This document shows positions 54,002-59,156 of a stretch of DNA of 59,156 bases, piece after piece (positions within the stretch are counted from its first letter, which is position 1; every line of letters begins with the position of its first letter). The stretch is from a virus. The DNA lies in the IMG/VR virus record IMGVR_UViG_3300045988_148442, positions 1 through 59,156 of that record; one strand, 5' to 3'. Made by a program: the position numbers and the translations under genes. Under the pieces are notes generated by a model. The model did not search any database. It was given only the letters and a program-made list of their open reading frames with translations, and was not told the DNA's origin.

Positions 54002-54361
54002 TCAAACCTCCTTGAAAGCAGATACATATTTTAATGTGTACGCCCATACCCCAGTAAACTTTGAATTATCAGTACAATCTTCAATGCTATAAACATTACC
54101 ATTGTAAATAGCTTTTGCATTCATTAAAGCCTTATCAATAGGCTCTAACATAAATAATCTTTTGTCATTTGCTGTTAAAGTTCCCTCTGAACGGTAAATT
54201 TTACTTTCTTTATAACTTATAACAGCACCTTGTACGGTTGTTTCAATTTTATCACCTTTTACCCAATCGCCGCTATCGTCATAATGACCGTCAGAAAGGG
54301 TAATAGTTTTAAATTCACTTTTATATTTATTCACTAACCGTGAGAAGTTAAAATATTGCAT
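54002..54361 (-). CDS. Head-tail joining protein
   Basis: 119 aa. The call rests on position. Confidence 0.4.
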   Translation of the reverse strand: MQYFNFSRLVNKYKSEFKTITLSDGHYDDSGDWVKGDKIETTVQGAVISYKESKIYRSEGTLTANDKRLFMLEPIDKALMNAKAIYNGNVYSIEDCTDNSKFTGVWAYTLKYVSAFKEV

Positions 54362-54367
54362 ATTACC

Positions 54368-54868
54368 CTATTCCTTTATCCAAGTTATACTTTCAAGCAA
54401 TCCGCCTGTATCAACAAGAGGGTTGCTACTTCCTTTTTGTTCAACAGTATAAGGGTGATTTTTAGGTTTTGATAAATCTCTCATATATGTTTTTATTGCT
54501 GTTGCAAACTGTTCACCGCATAAATCAAGCATATCATCAACTGACATTTTACCGTCAATTACTTGTGATAATGCTCTTTCGGTCTGCTTCATTATTTTTT
54601 CTGCTTTTTTATCGTGACCTGTTCGTAAAAATGAACGTTCGGGAATATTAATAACCTTTGTACTGTCTTTAAGGTGAAGTCCTTGTTTGTGCAAGAAAGC
54701 ACGCATTTTTGGCGTAACTGAAATATTGCAACCATACTCGTGTATTCCTGCAAGCCAAGCGTTTTCACCTCTTAAAGCACCTATTTTGACTTTTTTATTA
54801 TTAAGTGATTTTAATGTTTCCTCAAATTCAGGAAATTTATCCTTTTCGGTTTTATACTTTGTACTCAT
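54368..54868 (-). CDS. Head completion / virion morphogenesis protein (HK97 gp10 / Mu G-like)
   Basis: ...SSNPLVDTGGLLESITW motif, supported by position. Confidence 0.45.
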   Translation of the reverse strand: MSTKYKTEKDKFPEFEETLKSLNNKKVKIGALRGENAWLAGIHEYGCNISVTPKMRAFLHKQGLHLKDSTKVINIPERSFLRTGHDKKAEKIMKQTERALSQVIDGKMSVDDMLDLCGEQFATAIKTYMRDLSKPKNHPYTVEQKGSSNPLVDTGGLLESITWIKE

Positions 54869-54877
54869 TAAATTACC

Positions 54878-55231
54878 TTAATTCCAACGGTTTTTAGCCA
54901 TTACAAAGCGAACATTATTAAGATAATCACTTAAATATGTATTTGCCAAATCCCATATCATCAAGTTTTTATCTGCTGTATTAAAACTCTGTGACAATCC
55001 CTCTATGCTTTCACTTGTAACACCAACGTTAATAGTAGCTACATCAAAAAAACCGCAAATAAACAACTTAACGCAAGGTTGTAATTTTGATAAATCATCA
55101 TCATTATTACAATCTATGTTTAATGTTGTATTGCGGTTTATCCAATCAATCGCACTTTCTACTATTAATACAACTCTATCGTCAATAGGCATTATTCCAA
55201 GTTTAAGATTTTCAACCTGTTCAACCGTCAT
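54878..55231 (-). CDS. Head-tail connector (gp6/gp15-like)
   Basis: 117 aa. It is the first long gene after the capsid gene. Confidence 0.5.
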   Translation of the reverse strand: MTVEQVENLKLGIMPIDDRVVLIVESAIDWINRNTTLNIDCNNDDDLSKLQPCVKLFICGFFDVATINVGVTSESIEGLSQSFNTADKNLMIWDLANTYLSDYLNNVRFVMAKNRWN

Positions 55232-55355
55232 TTTTCGTCACCGCCTTTTTAACAGTCGGTTTCTTTGGAGTTTCCTTTTTTGCTTGTTCAGCTTTCTGCT
55301 GTTCTCTTAATTTTGCGGCTTTTCTTCTTCGCATATTCCAAAAGGTGCAACTCAT
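55221..55355 (-). CDS. 44-aa basic low-complexity protein (MSCTFWNMRRRKAAKLREQQKAEQAKKE...)
   Basis: Not in the ORF track. AAGGAGGG lies upstream of ATG 55355. Confidence 0.4.
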   Translation of the reverse strand: MSCTFWNMRRRKAAKLREQQKAEQAKKETPKKPTVKKAVTKNDG

Positions 55356-55397
55356 AAACAACCCTCCTTTACCTTTTTGTCGGCATTAACAAAAAGG

Positions 55398-56396
55398 TTA
55401 TCCAATCTTATGACGCAGACAAGCCATAGGAATTTTCTTGTGGTCTATTGCAAGTTTCCAGTTGGTAGGTACTTCAAGGTCAACATAATCAGGATAATAA
55501 TTAGTTGGCGCTGTATATGTGCCCTCATTAGTCCAAGAAAATCCACGAGGATGAATAATCTGACACCAACGATTAATAAGGTAGTTTGTCGCTGTCATTT
55601 TATCCCTATCTGTTTCAACTCCAACAAGTCCCTGCGGCATACCGTCCTGACGAATAAACGCACCCTTACCGATATAGTAAGTGTCATACACTCCGTCATT
55701 AACAGGCATACCATCATCAATCTTAATTTGATAACCGAGGTAACTTACCATTTCTGCGTCTGACTTTGACGGGTCAAAAATCGGGTTACGTGTAATCATA
55801 CCTTTCTTTTGTAAGTATGTATAAACTGCAGAATGCATAAATACCATACCAAGACTGTCGTAATGGTCACCGAGCAACTGCTTTGTATCAAGTGTTGCTT
55901 CATCAGAAATATAAGCGGCTGTGCTTGTACCTGCTGAAATATCATTGATATGCTCTTTTAATGCTCCATTTTCTTTATCAAATAAGCCTTTAAGAATAGA
56001 AAGGTAAATGCCCTGTTCGCAACCATTTCTCCAATCTGCCATAAGTTGAGCAATAGCTCCCATTGGGTCAGCACCACCGAGAACCTGTGAAAGGTCAGTA
56101 TCACCCCAAGCTTTTTGCCAAATCATAAGAGTTGCCCTTGAAGCCTTTGTTGTTACTTTTTCAACAGATACAGCCTGTTCACCGAATACATCAGGCTTAC
56201 CCTCTAATGCGTTCCACATCGGCAATTCAATAAATCTGCCGCCCTTTGGTGTGCCGTTGATAAGTTGTGCTACTGTGCTGTCGGGTGTAGCAATACCCGA
56301 ATTAACAAATGTGTTTAGTTCAGTTGTCCTGTCAGTTACATAATTTGCAAACTTATTAGGTACAATCTGCATATCCGCAATAGTCGTAATTGCCAT
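55398..56396 (-). CDS. Major capsid protein
   Basis: 332 aa, downstream of the scaffold gene, with strong codon regularity. An AT-rich 10-bp hairpin follows the stop. Confidence 0.75.
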   Translation of the reverse strand: MAITTIADMQIVPNKFANYVTDRTTELNTFVNSGIATPDSTVAQLINGTPKGGRFIELPMWNALEGKPDVFGEQAVSVEKVTTKASRATLMIWQKAWGDTDLSQVLGGADPMGAIAQLMADWRNGCEQGIYLSILKGLFDKENGALKEHINDISAGTSTAAYISDEATLDTKQLLGDHYDSLGMVFMHSAVYTYLQKKGMITRNPIFDPSKSDAEMVSYLGYQIKIDDGMPVNDGVYDTYYIGKGAFIRQDGMPQGLVGVETDRDKMTATNYLINRWCQIIHPRGFSWTNEGTYTAPTNYYPDYVDLEVPTNWKLAIDHKKIPMACLRHKIG

Positions 56397-56414
56397 AAAT
56401 TTAATTCCTCCTAA

Positions 56415-56735
56415 TTAAATAATTTTTAGTTCTTCAAAAACTTTTTGAATTTTAGGAAACTGTTTTGCAAAAAAATCAATCATTTCTTCATTTGTAGCCC
56501 ATTCCGAACATTCAGCAAGTCCGCTTTCAAATAAAAAAGCGTGTATCAACTCGTGCCTTATGACTTTATTTTGAAAGTCTTTTAAATCACCTTTTGACAT
56601 TTCATCAGGTATCATTTCGTCAATAACAATTTTCTTTGTTGTTTCGTCACAATATCCGTCAATACCGTGTTTAAAATGTGCGTCATTTCCATTTATTGAT
56701 ATTTCGTATTCAGTTCCTAATACATTAACTTTCAT
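56415..56735 (-). CDS. Small HExxH zincin-like metallopeptidase candidate
   Basis: 106 aa with VIRHELIHAFLFESG, located between the scaffold and capsid genes. Confidence 0.45.
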   Translation of the reverse strand: MKVNVLGTEYEISINGNDAHFKHGIDGYCDETTKKIVIDEMIPDEMSKGDLKDFQNKVIRHELIHAFLFESGLAECSEWATNEEMIDFFAKQFPKIQKVFEELKII

Positions 56736-57421
56736 TACTTAACACCTGCCGCCGCTTTTAACTGTTCAGCCAATTCAGGGTTAGTATTTTCAATTTGCAT
56801 TTGCTGTGTGAGATTGAATTGCTCTTTAGTGTATGGATTTACTCCACCATTCAAGTTATTACCTTGTTTTGGAGTATATCCGTTCTCTTTAAAACGCTTG
56901 TTTACTTCCGCCGAAACAGCCTTGTCAAATAATTCTTTAAAAGCCTTTACTTTTGTGTCAATTTCTGTTTCATCTTCGCCCATAACAAAGTCAACAAGCG
57001 ACAATGATGTGTCGCTACCGTCATCAAGTCCTGCTTCTTTAATTGCCTTAACAGCGTAAAGTCTGTTTTCTTTGTCTGTAATAGCCTTTTCACGCTCTGC
57101 AATAGCCTTTTCCTTTTCGTCAATCTCAATTTGTTTGAGTTCATCATCTGTAAGTTTAGCCTTTTGCAGATTTTCAAGTTTACGCTTTAATTCTGCCTTT
57201 TCTTTACGCTCTTTTGCCATAGCTTTATCAAGTCTTGACTGTACGATTTTATCAAGTTTTTCAATATCGAACGGTTCTGGGTCATTTTCAGGCTCTGCTT
57301 GCGGTTCTTTAGGCTCTGTAGGTGTAGGCTCTGACGGTTTAATGTTTTTAGCCATTTCGTCAAATTCTTCTTGTGTAATCGCTCCACTTTCAAGCAATTC
57401 TTTAAGTTTTTCTAATGTCAT
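56735..57421 (-). CDS. Capsid scaffolding protein (DUF4355-like)
   Basis: ATG 57421 sits behind GGAGGAA. The protein is highly charged and coiled (KERKEKAELKRKLENLQKAKL) with a Pro/Glu-rich linker. Confidence 0.75.
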   Translation of the reverse strand: MTLEKLKELLESGAITQEEFDEMAKNIKPSEPTPTEPKEPQAEPENDPEPFDIEKLDKIVQSRLDKAMAKERKEKAELKRKLENLQKAKLTDDELKQIEIDEKEKAIAEREKAITDKENRLYAVKAIKEAGLDDGSDTSLSLVDFVMGEDETEIDTKVKAFKELFDKAVSAEVNKRFKENGYTPKQGNNLNGGVNPYTKEQFNLTQQMQIENTNPELAEQLKAAAGVK

Positions 57422-57484
57422 TGTGTGTTCCTCCATTATCCTTATAGAATAGTGTTTTGCTCCGTATAGAAGCTAAATTTATAT

Positions 57485-57512
57485 AAAAAAGAGCGTCCAT
57501 ATAGAACACTCT
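57485..57512 (-). terminator. Intrinsic terminator (hairpin usable on both strands)
   Basis: The minus-strand RNA reads AGAGUGUUC-uauau-GGACGCUCU followed by UUUUUAUAU. The plus strand has UGUUUUUA after the same stem. Confidence 0.6.
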
Positions 57513-57881
57513 TGTTTTTATTCGGCATATTTTACCAAGGCGGTATCACCCGACCTGATAACACCGCCCATATTTAATTGTTGTAGCCTATCGGACTTGC
57601 ACCGCTATATGATATATGTCGCACTGTGCGGCTACATATATTTAAAACGGCTGTTTACTCTTTCGGTCTATGTATATATCATAGCACCTTGCCTTTACTG
57701 TACATTTAACAGTCATATATAAAGACTGCACCGCAATTAACTGGCAAAGAATAAAGGTACTGCCCCTTTTTCTCACGGTTCAAAGCCGTGTGCATTACTT
57801 TTATGCTAATTCTTTATATGCGGCGGTGTATTAATCTACACCGCCAATTATGAAAGGAGTTAAAAAATGAAAAAAAGACAT
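57513..57881 (-). ncRNA. Candidate structured non-coding RNA or structured intergenic element (function and strand uncertain)
   Basis: No ORF of 60 aa or more falls in 57437-57881. GC-rich hairpins lie at 57539-57568, 57583-57635, 57665-57688, 57774-57790 and 57822-57845, and the region ends at the terminator above. Confidence 0.3.
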
Positions 57882-58133
57882 TCATTTTCTCTTGCTGTCA
57901 AAAATGTTTTTGCTTTTACGCAATACTTTTTCGGCTGTTTCTTTCATTTCTTGTGGAATATTCTTTCCGTCCTCAAAACCGCCAAATTTCAAAAAGCTCT
58001 CGGCAAATTCTGAAATTGTAATTAAAGCATTATCTATTTCATCATCAATAGATACAAGTGCAAATCTTCCGTCCTCTAATTCAACAAGTACGCTGACATC
58101 AGGATTATATGCAACTACTCTTTTACATTTCAT
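57882..58133 (-). CDS. Small acidic protein; candidate immunity partner for the MuF C-terminal extension
   Basis: 83 aa. Its start overlaps the MuF stop by 11 nt. Confidence 0.4.
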   Translation of the reverse strand: MKCKRVVAYNPDVSVLVELEDGRFALVSIDDEIDNALITISEFAESFLKFGGFEDGKNIPQEMKETAEKVLRKSKNIFDSKRK

Positions 58134-59156
58134 TTAATTCACCGCCTTTTATTTTATATACATTGATTTTTTTATCTTTAAGCGTTTTTAGTGCTTTTTC
58201 TGTCGGTTTATCTCTACCTGTGAAACAAATGCTTTCAACATCATCAATAGTTAATTTGCCGTGGTACTGTAATTCAAAATAGCGACAACCCATTATTTGA
58301 GCAAATTCGTCAGCGTTATATATATCTGTTAAATCGCCCTCTTTAAAATAATCAAGGCAATCATCAATATTGAATATAGGTACGCCCGATATTGAACACT
58401 CTTCACCGATTTTACCACCGACAACCTCATTATATAAAGCATTACCTAAACTATCATCAAGAGTATAAGTTACTCTATCTTTTAATTTATCTTTGTTAAA
58501 TCTTATTATAGTTTTGCCGTATTGACTTGAAGTTGAAGTTTGACTATCTTCTATAAAGTCCATACTTCCAAGATAACCGTATTTCTCAAATTCGCTATTA
58601 TCCATATGAAGTGCGTCATTGCCGAATAATCGGTAACTTGCATTTCTTCTATCAGCATTTGATAATGTACCGTTACTTGTTTTTGTTTCAAACTGATTTA
58701 AAAATCCATTATCAATAATATTCTCTAAATTCTTTGAATTAACTCTCATCGAATATGCGTTATTATCAAGAACGGACTGAATACCTTGTTGTAATATTTC
58801 TTTGTCTTTCGCTCTCATTGCTATATGAGTATCAACCCATTTTTGCTGATACTCGTCAAAATTTTCAAGGCTCTTTGGCAATTCTATTGTATCATAATTT
58901 TCATTGTTTGTCAAGGTTTTTCCCTTTACAGTATCTTGATTTTCTTCTGATTTTTCACCTATTTTGTACTTCTTGCGTATTTCCTCTACTGTCTTACCTG
59001 TTGCCTTTGCAAATTCTTCAACAGTCATTAAGTTATACTCCAAAAAGCACCTACAATTACAATCGTGAGCGGCTACACCACTTTTAGACGGTGCTTTTGC
59101 TTTCACTCCACCGCCTAAATCAAACATATCACCTGCTTTAACAGTCTGACCTTCCA
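58123..59156 (-). CDS. C-terminal part of the MuF/gp7 head morphogenesis gene. It holds the end of the MuF domain plus an uncharacterised extension of about 300 aa, and continues into 1-906.
   Basis: HDCNCRCFLEY marks the end of the MuF domain and is followed by a 300-aa domain of unknown family. The frame is open to the window edge. Confidence 0.7.
   Translation of the reverse strand, partial: EGQTVKAGDMFDLGGGVKAKAPSKSGVAAHDCNCRCFLEYNLMTVEEFAKATGKTVEEIRKKYKIGEKSEENQDTVKGKTLTNNENYDTIELPKSLENFDEYQQKWVDTHIAMRAKDKEILQQGIQSVLDNNAYSMRVNSKNLENIIDNGFLNQFETKTSNGTLSNADRRNASYRLFGNDALHMDNSEFEKYGYLGSMDFIEDSQTSTSSQYGKTIIRFNKDKLKDRVTYTLDDSLGNALYNEVVGGKIGEECSISGVPIFNIDDCLDYFKEGDLTDIYNADEFAQIMGCRYFELQYHGKLTIDDVESICFTGRDKPTEKALKTLKDKKINVYKIKGGELNEM
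59038..59156. repeat. Right copy of the 119-bp terminal duplication (identical to 1-119)
   Basis: Exact identity read by eye. Confidence 0.9.

Noticed and set aside
55371-55398. Hairpin after the capsid gene (ACCTTTTTGT-N8-ACAAAAAGGT) as an intrinsic terminator
   Set aside because: The stem is AT-rich and has no U-tract on the transcribed strand, and an SD with an ATG follows immediately. It is more likely an RNA stability element, or nothing. I did not call it a terminator.
57583-57635. tRNA-like element (acceptor-like GTAGCC/GGCTAC stem and a GGTGCAAGTCC T-loop-like string)
   Set aside because: It is only about 53 nt long, with no D-arm or anticodon arm. The T-stem pairs poorly, and the loop reads TGCAAGT rather than TTCRANT. 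It does not fold as a cloverleaf.
58123-59000. Assigning the MuF C-terminal extension to the ADP-ribosyltransferase toxin family
   Set aside because: Only an STS-like stretch (SQTSTSS) is visible. I could not find a convincingly placed catalytic Arg or a Q/E-x-E motif, so the family is left unassigned.
59038-59156. Terminal repeat as a functional DTR, LTR or att site
   Set aside because: The repeat sits in the middle of the MuF reading frame, and the frame is continuous across the junction. The simplest explanation is an assembly overlap of a circular or permuted genome. True physical ends cannot be judged from sequence alone.

Overview
The window is a complete, circularly closed temperate phage genome. 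The first 119 bp are identical to the last 119 bp, giving a unit length of 59,037 bp. It is AT-rich and uses strong Gram-positive-type Shine-Dalgarno sites (AAGGAG/GGAGG). Its modules resemble PBSX, SPP1 and XhlA types, which suggests a Bacillota host. Apart from a short plus-strand lysogeny block and one moron-like gene, all genes are on the minus strand. The minus-strand layout, read in the direction of transcription, is as follows. (1) 20.5 kb to 7.1 kb holds the early and middle genes: Cro-like HTH, ERF/Rad52-like annealase with a YqaJ exonuclease, SSB, DnaD-like initiator, DnaC-like loader, RusA, YopX, and many Cys-rich mini-proteins. (2) 7.5 kb to 0 kb, continuing across the junction to 34.1 kb, holds the late genes. 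These are the Ltr-type late regulator, a ParB-like protein, a GT-A-like protein, terS, terL, portal, a misplaced amidase endolysin, a MuF/gp7 protein with a long C-terminal extension, scaffold, capsid, a PBSX-like contractile-tail and baseplate module with a 1820-aa tape measure, two tail fibres, XhlA and a holin. (3) 33.7 kb to 22.8 kb is an accessory island. It carries an SNF2 helicase, a PAPS-reductase-like (IbrA-type) protein, an HNH-ParB (IbrB-type) fusion, an ArdC-N-like protein, DUF4314-like and DUF3846-like proteins, an N6-adenine methyltransferase and a tyrosine recombinase. The plus-strand lysogeny block (20.6-22.8 kb) encodes a cI-like repressor, a large serine integrase and a degenerate resolvase-domain ORF. 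The observations most worth follow-up are these: the uncharacterised SNF2/IbrA/IbrB-type putative DNA-modification cassette, which is bracketed by direct copies of a promoter cassette present four times in the genome; two units of consensus promoter plus leader terminator, each preceded by a small DNA-binding gene; a MuF protein with a toxin-sized extension and an immunity-sized downstream gene; a 445-nt ORF-free, hairpin-rich region inside the head operon; and a second ParB plus glycosyltransferase-like pair in front of the terminase. All functional calls come from motifs read by eye in the supplied translations. No database search was run.
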